NCBI GenBank assembly: GCA_964016885.1
Contig: OZ024740.1
Coordinates: forward strand, 319,548,001 to 319,612,000
Direction of reading: 5' to 3'
Length of the DNA stretch: 64,000 bases
Source of the DNA: Eledone cirrhosa
Lineage: Eukaryota
This document shows, one piece after another, positions 40,490 through 58,853 of this stretch. The position numbers were made by a program, and so were the translations under genes. Each line of letters starts with the position of its first letter. The first letter of the stretch is position 1. Under the pieces are notes generated by a model. The model searched no databases, was not told the origin of the DNA, and was given only the letters and a program-made list of their open reading frames with translations.

Positions 40490-41030
40490 ACTAAGAACTT
40501 TAGCTGTAGCTAAGGCAGTTGGGATATAGCTTCATTGGTCGCTAAGGGAATGGAGATAGAGCTTTAGCTGTCGCTAAGGGAGTTGAGAGAGAGCTTCAGC
40601 TGTCGCTAAGGGAGATGAGAGAGAGAGCTTCAGCTGTCGCTAAGGGAGATGAGAGAGAGAGCTTCAGCTGTCGCTAAGGGAGATGAGAGAGAGAGCTTCA
40701 GCTATCGCTAAGGGAGTTGAGAGAAAGAGAGAGCTTCAGCTATAGCTAAGGGAGTAGGGGGATAGCTTCATTGGTCGCTAAGGGAGTTGGGAGAGCACTT
40801 CATCTGTAGCTAAGGAGGTTGGGAGAGATCTTAATTTGTCGCTAAGGAAGTTGGGGAGATATTCAGCTGTTGCTAAGTGAGTTGGGTGAGATCTTCATCT
40901 GTCACTAAAGGAGTTGAGAGAGATCATCTGTTGCTAAGGAGGTTGGGAGAGATCATCTGTTGCTAAGGGAGTTGGGAGAGATCATCTGTTGCTACGGTGG
41001 TTGGGAGACATCTTCAGCTATTGGTAAGAG
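40490..41030. repeat. Minisatellite, ~28-32-bp unit (gagagcttcagctgtcgctaagggagttg), ~17 copies
   Basis: Direct inspection; central copies most homogeneous. Confidence 0.95.
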
Positions 41031-41424
41031 AATTGAGCAAGATTTAAGAGAATATCTTAGCTAGAAATGTGGCACTAAATAACCAAAAGGTCTGAGATGA
41101 TGGGATAAGGTTAATATTCTTTCCTTATATTGTCACAAGGGACACGGTCAAGGGAAACATTACATGGGCAGTTCCTATCATTCACAAATATCTGCAATAA
41201 ACACAATCTTTAGAATTAACTTCTGAGCCTCGAGCATAATCCCCATTCAATGTGACCAACCGTATAAAAGAAATCAATGTCAATGTTTGTTTTCCCGCTT
41301 GAATGCTCATTCTAGTATTTAAAAAAATATTGAAGCTATATGGTGTAAACATTTTACCAATGATTACTTCGCAAAATAAAAACTAACTTTACTTTTTCTA
41401 AATTTTACATCCATAACACATTAT

Positions 41425-41635
41425 TGGATTGGCAGTATCAGTAGAGGGTCGGACGCCATACTTTGCAGCAAAGAGTTATGGCCCTTTATGATCTGAGTTC
41501 AAATCGCGCCAAGGTTAACTTTGCTTTTCATCCTTACGGGGTCAATAAAATAAAGTACCAGTCACTCACTGGGGTCGATTTAATTTACTTTCCCCTTCCC
41601 CCAAATTGCTGGCCTTGTGCCTATATAAAAACCAT
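41425..41635 (+). mobile_element. SINE family A
   Basis: Consensus match. Confidence 0.9.
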
Positions 41636-42354
41636 TATTTGGATATTAAATAGGTGACCCAGCTCTATACAAATGTTCGTGTGTTAGACGAGTGATGAGT
41701 TATACAAAGCACAAAACCGGTTACACGAAAGACGAACTACAATGAAAAAAAAAAAGAATATACTGACATACATAGTGAGGTGTCGAGTCTGGCAACATTT
41801 AAATTTTATTTCAAATTAATGCAAAACTTTACTATAACATTAAAAGGAGTTAGATTACAACATCTGCCTATGTTGACTATGATCAGCTAAGTAGGAAGTA
41901 TGTATAACGTAATGGGTTTGAGCTCGTGTTGCCGGGAAAAGAGTTAATATTAACACGGCGTTAACGTTCGTTCTAAACATATTTGATGTCATTTGATTTC
42001 AAATAAAGATCTACAATCGTATATACTATCAGTTATTGAGTATATGATATCAACAAAAATCCTAATATGTTTTAAGGATAATTGAAACATGTTTAGGATC
42101 TAAGAAATTCATCAAAACTTATATCAACCATGAATTATAATGACTACACTCTCAAATCATTCAAATAAATATATGCAGAAAATTGGAGCAAAGGGGTGCA
42201 TGTAATCAACTAAATCAATTTTATTTCTTGACGAGTCCTCAATTTATTGATCCCGGAAGATTGAGGAGCTAAGCTGATTTGAAACTAAATACCGCAAGGC
42301 ATTTTGTCTATTACCTATTCAGTCAAATGATTCCTTAATTATATTAACAATAAT

Positions 42355-42645
42355 AATTGTTTCTACTTTTGGCACAAGGCCAGCAATTATTCCAGTGCAT
42401 TACTGGTACTTTATTTTATCTACCCCGTAAGGATGAAAGGCAAAGTTAACCTGGGCGGGATTTGAACTCAGACCATAAAGGGACGAAACTCTATGCTGCA
42501 GCGCATGGCGTCAGAGTCTTGGTTTCCAATTTAGGCACAAGGTCAGCAATTTACGGGGGAGAAGGAAGTCGATTAAATCAATTTCAGTATTTAATCGATA
42601 GTTTATTTTATCAACCTCGATAGGACGGAAGGTAGAATTGGCCTC
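42355..42645 (-). mobile_element. Two SINE family A copies
   Basis: Reverse-complement consensus match. Confidence 0.8.
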
Positions 42646-43235
42646 GAAAGCCATTGGATGTGCTGGATAGAGGAAGCACAACAAAATAACAACAAAACCA
42701 CAATTAGTTTTTTAATTAACGATAGCAGGCGCGTGCTATCAAACCTTAGAGAGTTGTGTGCAGTTTTTCAGCAGCATTTTGCCAAACTTTTCACGAGGAA
42801 GAACAAACTGAAGACGTTGGACTTCGATGCCAACCACTCCCACCCCTTAAACAAACCTCCCAGTAGTGCCAACTAAGCTAAGCACAAACACATGCCTTCA
42901 GCCTAGTGGTCGTCTATGTCTCGACTGGAGAAGAACTGTCGAAGTTCATCATGCGCCTGAAGCCATCCCAGCTCTCTAGTACTATTGGAGATTGGACCTG
43001 TATTTTAGGTGAATGTTATGATGGTGTGGTGTTAGCCCGTACGTGAAAGGTATGTAGCAGCCTCACAAACTTGTCAAAACGTTTCCAATAAATCTCACAG
43101 TTACAGACAATATGTTTAGTCTAGACATTAAATAACCACAGAATACCTAGACAGAGTTTTAGTTAGTTCGATTGGTCTGCTTCACGGATCACAAATGTGT
43201 TGTCTGCACAATCAACCTAAATAAAGCGCAGAGAC

Positions 43236-43478
43236 GGTGATGGTGATGATGATGGCGGTGATGATGATGATGAGAATGGTGATGAGGATGGTGATGGTGA
43301 TGGTGGTGGTAGTGGTGGCGGTGATTGCTGGTGATGATGATGATGATGATGATGTTGATGGTGATGATGAATTAATGATGTTGATGGCGATAATGGTGAT
43401 GATGGCGATGTTGGTGATGATAGTGATGAGGGTGATGATAGTGGTGATGGTGATGGTGATGGTGATGGTGATGGTGAT
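43236..43478. repeat. (GAT/GGT)n trinucleotide tract
   Basis: Direct inspection. Confidence 0.95.
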
Positions 43479-43954
43479 TCTTGCAGATAAAATAGAAAGG
43501 CATAAATGAGGAGGAGAGGAATCGGTTTTTATTCTACATGCATATGTTATAGCCATTCTCTATTCCCAAATCGATACTACTATAATATTCGCGAATAATA
43601 TTCTAAGAGAAAATAACCCGGATCCCAAAGTAATGTTGGATCAGCATATACTAGCTAACTTAAGAAAATATATTCTCAAAGCCAAAAAATATGAGAAATC
43701 GATATTGAACACCCAAAAGGATGAATACAAATCTAAAACACAGCGTAGAAAGTAACTAAAAATAAAAGTATTGAGAACGTAAACCATGAAGATAGAGCTA
43801 CTATGTGTACAACACAGAGAATAACAACAAAAACAAAATATATATAAACACTAGAACATCTACAGACATCGGAGCAACAAAATTAGAACCAGATAAAAAC
43901 AAATAAATCTTCATATATTCCCTTTTGTTCATATATATAAGAATAAAATCTACA

Positions 43955-44153
43955 TACGTGGGTCGGTTGAAATGTTCATAGGCTGACTACGAAGGAGTGA
44001 TACTAGAGCTGTGAAATCTTGTATGCATTAATTTTGAATCTTTCCAGGGATTATGTTGAAAAATAAACCTCATTTGGTAATTCCATGAGAGTATATTGAT
44101 TAGTCTATGAACTTATCAACCGAATCTCATACACATGCGCACACACACACGCG

Positions 44154-44246
<93 letters not shown>

Positions 44247-44727
44247 TATATATATACACACACCAGGGTCGGCTGAAAAGACCATAGGCTGACTATGAAG
44301 GAGTGGTGTTAGAGTTGTGAAATCTTGCATGCATTAATTTCAACTCCTTCCAGGGACTATGTTGAAAAATAAACCTCGTTTGATCATTCTATGAGAGTAT
44401 CTTGGTCAGTCTATGAACTTTTCAGCGACACGCGTAAATTCTATGAATTCTATCTACTAAATTGCATTCTCAAGACATTCATCAACCCGATACTATAATC
44501 CCGAGATGCCATGGAGTGGGGCCAAACCTGAAACCAAGTGGTTGCAAAGCCTGCACCTAAGAGGTTCGGTTGAAAATTTCATAGGCTGACTATGAAGGAG
44601 TGAGGTAGGCTAGAGCTGAGAAATTTTGCATGCTTAAATATCAACTCCCCTTATTAATAACTGTATTGTTTCTTTCCATATTCCTTATTGAAAAATAAAC
44701 CTCATTTGGTCATTCCATGAGAGTATA
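43955..44727. mobile_element. Three mariner-derived MITE copies (43955-44131, 44264-44436, partial 44558-44727)
   Basis: TIR ggtcggYtgaaaagttcataggctgac / gtcagtctatgaacttttcag; same family as 9268-9449. Confidence 0.85.
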
Positions 44728-44934
44728 TAACTAAATAATTAAAACCAAGAGATTTTCTTATGGATCAATTCATTGTTTATCTTCTCTAGGGTAAACTGAA
44801 TGATGAAACAGCAACAATATAATGAATGAATGAAAACGTTCGAAAAGATCCCAGCAGACCTCACTCGTTTATCGAGTGAGGTGGAAAGAGAACAATGTTT
44901 CCATCTTTCGATTGCTGATATTATCTACCAGAAA

Positions 44935-45050
44935 GGGCAACGCGAAATAAAGTGTCTTGCTCAAGGGCATAGCACATTGCCCGGTCTAGGAATTGAATTT
45001 GCGACCTCACGATTGCGTATCCAGTTCTCTAACCACTAAGCCACGCACTT
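44935..45050 (-). mobile_element. SINE family B head
   Basis: tgtcttgctcaagggcatagcac...ctaaccactaagccacgc. Confidence 0.75.
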
Positions 45051-45384
45051 TCAGCAATATGAATGCAAATATGTCGATCGCAAACCTAAAGAAAGCCAGC
45101 ATCAATATCTAAGTTAAACACAATAATATAAGGAGCAGCCACAGTAGCAAAGGAGAAATTTCAAAACCCAAGCAAACGATATGTAATACCACCAGGTAAA
45201 GAAATGTTTCTTAATCGATGTATCGATTTCAATAGATATCAATATATCTATAATATAAATCGAGAATATATCCAAATATGAAATGTTAAGGATTGAAATG
45301 TGAGGATTGAATACAGAAATCACCCCATAATGATAGATTCCTTGTTAATGAGTCATAATATAGAATTAAATACATAACCAAGGA

Positions 45385-45535
45385 ATGGTGAATTGGCAGA
45401 GTTGTTAGAATATCGATTAGACTGCTTCGCAGTATTTGTTCTGGCACTTTGAGTTCGAATCCCGCCGAGGTCAACTTTGCCTTTCGCCATTTCAAGATCG
45501 ACAAAAAATGTACCAGTCGATTACTGGGATCGATT
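45385..45535 (+). mobile_element. 3'-truncated SINE family A
   Basis: gagttcgaatcccgccgaggtcaactttgcctttc. Confidence 0.85.
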
Positions 45536-46174
45536 TTTTTTTTATCTATCTTTCTTTCTCCCTTCCTCTCTTTCTCTCTCCTTCTCTAGAATAAATCAGC
45601 TGCGTTCAGACTTGGAGAAGGTTGGCACAAGACATGCCGAGGGCCCCAACGGTGCCCCTACCATTCCACCAGGAGTTACAGGAAAATAGAGATAAATACA
45701 TAATAAAAACCACAGGACTTACACAACATATACACAACATAATAGAAATGATATTTCTAGGCCCAGCAGTCATATTGTGCATAACTACTGGTCGAGCCGT
45801 AAGGGGCACCGTAGTGGCATACAGCGTTCGTAGGGCATTGCTAAAACCAGCCTCTCCCCTTCCTAAAGCAGCTATATTACTAGAAATAGTTGCAATATAA
45901 TAGAAAAAACAAAAATCAAAACAGAAACTGCACGTAGACACAGCACAGTGTTGTGAACATTGTGACATACAAAATTGTAAAGTGATGAGTTGTATGTATA
46001 TTTAGTCCCATAACACCTTATAGAGTTGTAGGGGCGTCGTATTGAAATACAGCGTTTCTTGGCCATTTTAATCCTGGCGGAGCCCATCCCTCCTCAGGCC
46101 TGAGTACAGCAGATATCTTCCAGAGAAAGAAAGAAAGTGAGAGAGAGGAAACGAGAAATAGATATAGAGGAAGA

Positions 46175-46325
46175 ATCGACTCCGGCACTAGACTGGTACT
46201 TTTTTTATCGTCCTCGAAAGGATGAAAGGCAAAGTTGATCTCGGCGGGATTTGAACTCAGAGAGCAGAGAGCCGGAGCGAATACCATAAACATCCTATCC
46301 GATGTTCTAACGACTCTGCCAATTC
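46175..46325 (-). mobile_element. 3'-truncated SINE family A
   Basis: Reverse-complement consensus match. Confidence 0.85.
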
Positions 46326-47582
46326 CTCGCATATATGTGATGGGTTACAGACTGTGAACTAGAGAATACTGTATGTATGCAGAGCACGGTGCTGCGAACA
46401 TTGTGACATACAAAATAGTAGATGATGGGTTACAGACTGTGAACTAGAGAAATACTAACGCAATAATATCTGTATGAAAGGCCTGCGTGGATGTCAGGCA
46501 TTTATATTTTCCCCTCACTGATATTAACATAAGTCTTGCATCTACATAAGAAATCAATGTATTGTTAAAATACATGTTTTGAATAAGCTTATCGAATTGG
46601 AAAGAGATATCCACACTGCTCTAGCTACACAGCAAACAAGTATGAAGCCATATGAAGGTGGGTAAAGCTATCGCTATATTTAGCAAAACAGGTGACTGCG
46701 TAAGTATCAATTGAAATGTTTCTGACAAATTGTGTGTAAACTTAGAGGCTTATGGCATGAAAAAAAAGTCGGTGAACAGCCCGTAGCATGTGGGTATTAT
46801 ATCTGGTTTACAGTACGTTTTTTTCTCTTCTCTTTGATGAGCTACGTTCTCAAGTAACAGAAATCTGATTCTGGTCGAAGATGAAAATTTCACACACAGT
46901 TTGTCAGACTATCTCTCACACCCCTACTTTATCTCTCTCTGTTTCAAGTTATATATATATATATATAAACAGAAATAACAAAGCAAAGGACACATTAAAC
47001 ACTCACACGCACTCTCACACACACATATATATATATGTATATATATATATGTGCGTGTGTCTACATATACGCATACATACAAGGGCGTGGTGTCCGTCCC
47101 ATTTTTTCTCTCTAAGTATATATATATATATATATATATTTATTAAAATAACAGATTAAAGTTTAAGCAAAGAATCGCTGCTTTCACCCTTAACGGGATC
47201 TTCTAAATATTTGCTCTACGGTTCTTATATATTTGATATATATTTATCCTTAACAAGCCCTCTTTGGATTTTAGTCTTCAAATTTATTATTATTACTATA
47301 TATATATATATATACAGAGAAAAAGATAAAGGTATTGTTTTATTTGTTTTGCAAGATTCCTGTGTTGAAACGCATTGTTGTACTTTGGGAGGGTCATACT
47401 GTCAATCAAAATCACATGCACTGGGAGTTTTTCACGTTTTATGAATCAATTAGATAACGTGCTCTTTATCTAGCTGTTAAATTAATTAACTCGCACCTCA
47501 TAGGTCTTTCGTATCAGCCTGAGGTGTGTTTTTGATTGACAGTATATTGTATATATCGTAAGTACAATGGTATATCCATATA

Positions 47583-47700
<118 letters not shown>

Positions 47701-47800
47701 CACATACACACACACATCTTGCTATATCAAGCGTTAACCTAATATATCCCTTCATATACTGTACCGATTGTGTTCTTATTTCTGTTTACCTTTTACCTTT

Positions 47801-48936
<1,136 letters not shown>

Positions 48937-49329
48937 TATATATATATATACAAACGTACATAGTCACAGGTTGTGTGTACAACAAATTCAATTCGCACAC
49001 AACGTTCGATTACACTATGTGTTGCCTTAATCAAATGGATTCGACTATATTTTAAGGATGATAAATAAGATGTGAGTGGAATTAGGTAAGACGGAAACTA
49101 TTCATAAATGCAGGAGTCGATATCTCTTCAGGTAGTAAGTATGTTGGGTTTTCAGCTCCTTCCACGGCGATACCAGAGCTACTCAGGATACCACCTACAT
49201 CAATGAGTGATCATTGATGTAGGTGACGAAACCCCTGCACAACAGCATGGCTTTAGATTAATCTGATATTGTTCGAAGATAGGAGATATCCATCCACCTC
49301 AATGTGTCAACCGCACCATTCACCATCTC

Positions 49330-49880
49330 TTTTGAGCCAGATGTATTGACTCGGATTAAGGCCCCAGAAAGGTGTTTTATTTCTTTTGCCCCAGTCCAGG
49401 ACCCAGAGAAGTAAGTTATCTCTTATTCCGACAAATCCTTTCAGACCTATCTCTACAAGGAAACATGATGCCTCCTATCCTCTGGTTTCAATGCAACCAG
49501 CTCTCTATACCTCCTAGCTTTCCTCTTCAATGCATCATCGATGTTCTTCTCTCAAGAGAAAGTAACCTCCATCATCATTACCATCTTTTCCTAGCACCAC
49601 AAGACGAGATATTGTTAGTAAAAAGGGGTAAACTGTTTACCTTCCAGGCCAAATGAGATCTTCCAAATCCATTCTCTTCTTTCTTACATTGTCTGATACG
49701 CAACGTTCTCCTTTATAAAACTTAAAATGTTCCCCTTACTACATGGGGTCGCTCTCACCCTTGTTCGTCCTCTTAACCCTCTCTTCCATTGTATCAGCCA
49801 GTACTCTAAGCCCCTGATTATGCCACCATGGGTTATGCCTCGTTCTGCAAACCTTCCTAGATTTGCACATGCCGCGCTCT
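49330..49880 (-). mobile_element. HERO-type RLE non-LTR retrotransposon 3' relic
   Basis: WWHNQGLRVLAD; LVLW..KMVMMMEVTFS*EKNIDDALKRKARRYRELV; FLVEIGLKGFVG. Confidence 0.75.
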
Positions 49881-49958
49881 TCTACTTTCTAATATTTTAG
49901 GTTTCTGAGACTTAGAAGCATGTCATAGACGAAACGAACCAGAAAATTGATTCTGGCA

Positions 49959-51533
<1,575 letters not shown>

Positions 51534-51555
51534 AAAATATATCGTTTGTGTCTAT

Positions 51556-51669
51556 ATCAAATTTAGTATAGAAATCGCTTCTATATGACTAGAACTGTTT
51601 CATTGAAAAGAAATCATCAGGAATGAAACAGTCTAGTCCTGTAGAAGCCATTTCTATTTTAAATTTGAT
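51556..51669. repeat. ~48-bp inverted repeat with an HHR-like motif on the minus strand
   Basis: Arms 51556-51604 / 51622-51669; minus-strand CTGATGA tttcttttcaat GAAAC; paralog at 2245-2310. Confidence 0.75.
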
Positions 51670-51733
51670 GTTTTCACTCTGTTATTATATTGAGTACTTT
51701 ACTGTTATTACCTCCGATTGAACCCGTGACTGC

Positions 51734-51832
<99 letters not shown>

Positions 51833-51869
51833 ATACAAACACACACACACATATATGTGTATATATAAG

Positions 51870-51918
<49 letters not shown>

Positions 51919-52888
51919 ACTGTCGAAATGACTTGTACAGGTATAGAACTGAAACTTTCTTTGGGGAATGTTCAGCTCATGAGAAAGAAATAGGGCACAA
52001 AGCTTCATCTATTACTTCAGCTGGTCAATACCTTTTGGAACATGTTTAGACAATACAGTAGCAACGAGTTTTCTCTTTAAATCTACTTAGTAAAAGAAAA
52101 TAAGATATCTATATCTTATTGGATATTCACATATGTATACACACTTATATAAGGCTGCGAATGGCAGAATTTTTAGGACCACCGAATAGAATGCCTTGCT
52201 GTCTATCTGTACTCTGAGTTCCAATTCTGCTGATGACTTTTTGCCTCATCATTTCGAAATCGATAAATACTACATCAATCCAGTTGTGGAATTGATATAT
52301 TCATATTATTATGACCCTGTGATAAATAGGCGAAACTCCAGAGTTATATAGCCGAAATAAAATGAATATTAAAACTATTTCGGTATTGAGTATTCTTTTC
52401 TCTCAGCAGTCAACTACATACGGATGTATGTGTGTGTGTGTTTATGTATTAATGAGTACGCCAGGGTCAAGATCGTCTCAACATGCTTAAGCTTACAAGG
52501 TGAAACATGCAATATGATCCTCTGCTAGATAAAGATATGGCGAACTCGGATCAGTAGATAAGAATATTACTCCTCGACTTTCGGACGACTGAGTAATAGA
52601 GCTGAACTGGAGCTACACCACAACAAGGACATACAATTTGAGACGAAAAACTAAACCCATTGATTACAATTCAACTGAGGTCATGTTGACCTTCATGGGC
52701 GTTGATTTAGAGCCGATAAAGCGAGATCAAATTCTGCAACGGCGTCATACTATACACTGTAACGATTCCGCTAAAAGCCACCCAGAATGAAGAATACTCC
52801 TGGAATAATTCGCTTCTGAAAGAGAAAGAATTAGTCCAGTAAGAGTAATTGATTTAATAAATGAATGTGTGAGAGAGATAGAGTGTGT

Positions 52889-53920
<1,032 letters not shown>

Positions 53921-54609
53921 AGATATCGTACTGCCTCTCTGTTTTGTTCCCGTTCCATTTTTTACTATATATATATATAAGTATACTATAGTAGAATAAT
54001 CGAGAATCGGAATATCAGCCCACGAAATCACGATAAACAATATCCGACATGCGTGGCAGAGGGCTCAATAATTTGGATAAATCAGAGCTATAACTATCGT
54101 TAAAATACCAACGCATAGAGAACATGCCTAAAATCACCCATGCAGCCGAAAAAGAACGACCAGGAAGATTCGGGTCACTCAAATAAAATATCAATAAATT
54201 AATAAATTAAATGAATGTAAAAAACTCATATATATATATATATATAGTATAAAGAAAACGAAAAATCAGTGATACATCTGGACTTAATTTATTGCGTGTT
54301 ACAATTGTTTCGCCGGCAGGTAGCTCGAGACATGGTCCCTGTATGGATCTGGCTGATTCTACGGCTGCAGGTTCCTGCAGACACGGGTAGTTCGTTCGAA
54401 GCAAATTTTATCACTAGGGTGTTATCATCAAAAAACACCCTCAAAAAACCCTCTTCCACTCTTGTCATGCCATTGGCTGTTTTTACTCCACGTCATCGTA
54501 AGTTCTGGTCAGTATATACTGCTACACGGGTCATCAACCATTTTCCGTCCGACACACTTCAATGGAGTCATGCTGGGTTCAGTATCTCACACGTCTGTTC
54601 ACACTCAGG

Positions 54610-54705
<96 letters not shown>

Positions 54706-54854
54706 ATATATTCAATTAAAGGAGTTGTTTGATTGAAAATCTGCCGACTTTCCCATACCAGATATCGGGTCAAGCACTCAACGGCTTATGTTTATTCGGA
54801 GTTTTATTATAATAATAAACAAGAAAGACGGTTTCATTTGTTCATCACTATTTA

Positions 54855-54927
54855 TTCTATTATACGTATTTCAAAGACGTAAGGCATTTGTATAAAATCT
54901 GCCCTACTTGTTCTCTTCAGACAAAAA
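54855..54927 (-). ncRNA. Hammerhead ribozyme (left arm)
   Basis: Minus strand: ttgt-CTGAAGA-gaacaagtagGGCA...TGCCttacgtcttt-GAAA-TACGTA-TA-atag. Confidence 0.75.
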
Positions 54928-54973
54928 TCCACACGAGATGGAAATATCAACGGATATCTACATCTCTTGTGGA

Positions 54974-55047
54974 TTTTTGTCTGAAGAGAACATGTAGGGC
55001 AGATGTTATACAAATGCCATACGTCTTCGAAATAGGTATAATAAAAA
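54974..55047 (+). ncRNA. Hammerhead ribozyme (right arm)
   Basis: tttttgt-CTGAAGA-GAAcatgtagGGCA...TGCCatacgtcTTC-GAAA-TAGGTA-TA-ataaaaa. Confidence 0.8.
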
Positions 55048-55085
55048 AAAAAAAATAGTGATGGACAAATGAAACCCTCTTTCTT

Positions 55086-55262
55086 GGGTGGATTGGCAGT
55101 ATCGGTAGAGGGTCGGACGCCATGCTTTGACGTATGGAGTTACGGCCCTTGCCATTCTGAGTTCAAATCCCGCCGAGGTTATTCGTCCTTACGGGGTCGA
55201 TAAAATAAAGTACCAGTAATGTACTGGATAAATGCTGGCCTGGTGCCAATAGTAGAAACGAT
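55086..55262 (+). mobile_element. SINE family A
   Basis: Consensus match with a small internal deletion. Confidence 0.9.
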
Positions 55263-55539
55263 TATTATATATTAATATATATATTTCTTAATTTTTGCTC
55301 AGTAATAGATGTCACAGGTTTTTCGATCGTGAATCAGGACACGCACACACTCACATACGCACACAGACACGCACACCGGCGCACACGCACACACGCACAC
55401 AGACACAGACACACAAATTACACAAACATAGACACATTTAACCTGACATGCGCGCTTCGGTTGGGATGACATTTTCCACTTGATACATGGTACAGAGCTG
55501 ACTTGACTATGTATTTTCTATGGATGACTGTGTGTTTGT

Positions 55540-55922
55540 GTCTATGTGTGTGTGCATGAGTGAATGTGTGTGTGTATGAATGTGGGTATGTGTGCATTTA
55601 TGTATGTACCTGTGTGTGTGCGTGTATATATATGTATGTATGTGTGTATATATATGTATGTATGTGTGTATATATGTATGTATGTGTGTATGTATATATG
55701 TATGTACATATGTATGTATGTATGTACCTATTTAGTCCTATATGTACGTATATATGTAGTCATATATGTATGTATATATGTACGTACGTATGTGTGTGTC
55801 TGTAAGTATGTATGTAGATATGTATATGTGTGTCTGTGTGAATGTGCATATATGTATATGTATGCATGTCTGTATGCATGTACGTGCGTATGTATGTGTT
55901 TGTGTTTGTGTGTGTAAGTATT

Positions 55923-55990
<68 letters not shown>

Positions 55991-56476
55991 TGTATGTATA
56001 TGTATGTATGTACGTATCAACGTATGTATGCATGTACGTACGAATGTATGTAGGTACGTACGTCTGTATGTACGTATGTATGTTATGTATGTATGTATGT
56101 ATGTATGTATGTATGTGTTAGTTTTATGCACATGTATGTGTGTATATATGCATATATATGAATGTATGTATGTATGTGTTAGGTCTATACATGTATGTGC
56201 ATAATGAAAGTTTCTCTGCAACATGTGTAATGCAGCACTGAAATATTATGTAACCTGATTGACCTTTCTCTCTATGTTTTACATTAGTAAAGGCACGCAG
56301 ACATCCACTATAGCAACATGGCGGCATCGTCTACGACTGCTATCAAATAATTCATGTGTTAGATGCACCACCTTGAATTATTCTAACATATGTGTTATTC
56401 CCTTTGTTCATATCTCTCCACCTCTCTCTTACACACATTCACTTACTCTCGCTCTCTTACACACCCACACTCACTC

Positions 56477-56546
<70 letters not shown>

Positions 56547-56575
56547 TCTCTCTCTCTCTCTCATTCTCTCTCTCT
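55540..56575. repeat. (TATG)n, (TA)n and (CT)n low-complexity field
   Basis: Direct inspection. Confidence 0.9.
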
Positions 56576-56886
56576 CACTTACTCATTCTCTGCCTCCCTC
56601 ATTGTCTTCCTTTCTCTCTAATTCTTAAACACACACAATCAAATCAAACTAACTTACTGTGTATATTACATGCATGTAGCTATCCATATTACTTTATATT
56701 TGGGTATGCATATATATAGGTGTGTGTGTGTGTGATTATGTAATTATATATATATATGTATGTGTGGGTATGTATATATATATACACGCACACACACACA
56801 ATATCTTCACGGCACGAACAGTCTGTCCCGTTTCTTTATCAAATGTAACACTGCTCGTGGGAAGCGACGGATGTCCAATACACATG

Positions 56887-56949
<63 letters not shown>

Positions 56950-57336
56950 TGACAATCATGAAACTGTGAAACCGGTAAAGTTATTGTAAACATAAGTCTT
57001 AGATATTTCAATTGCATTTTCACCTTCTCCCTAAATTTTATTTCCTGTGTGGGACACAAAAAAACTTGTTTTCTTGATATGTGTGTGTGTGTATATAGAT
57101 ACATACATATACATAAAACAAGTAACTTTCAGAGACCAACCAGATGTGAGATAAACCACAGACCCTCCATCTCAACCCTACTTTTGAAAAGCAGAAGAAC
57201 TGCGAAACCGATAAAGGAACCAAATAAATATATATATATTTTTAAAAAAAGACTCATTTTCGATTTCATCTTTTTTCCTTATACTTTCACTCGTGTAGGA
57301 CACCTCGGTTTTTATCATTTTGTAAATAAACCTCAC

Positions 57337-57381
<45 letters not shown>

Positions 57382-57414
57382 AATAATGGAGCTGCGGCGT
57401 TGCAAATGGGATAC

Positions 57415-58720
<1,306 letters not shown>

Positions 58721-58763
58721 ACTAGAACAATTACAACATGAGATTAAAATAAAAGATAAAGAG

Positions 58764-58847
<84 letters not shown>

Positions 58848-58853
58848 CTCTTT

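Larger units (their letters stand above)
54820..55086. repeat. 267-bp imperfect palindrome (4-nt loop at 54949-54952)
   Basis: Arms are reverse complements with scattered mismatches. Confidence 0.92.

Noticed and set aside
40490-41030. CRISPR-like regular ~30-bp repeats
   Set aside because: Units are contiguous with no unique spacers, no cas genes, and the context is eukaryotic.
42658-42876. ORF with LCAVFQQHFAKLF resembling a Tx1/L1 LINE linker
   Set aside because: About 30 residues only; no catalytic motif to confirm.
43560-43900. A-rich stretch hinting at a decayed Neptune linker; similar hint of a PLE endonuclease end at 54000-54200
   Set aside because: Too degenerate to support without alignment.
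46018-46119. GWAPPGLK resembling the parvoviral VP1 WVPPGYKYLGP motif
   Set aside because: No YLGPG or HDxxY phospholipase motifs follow; similarity too short.
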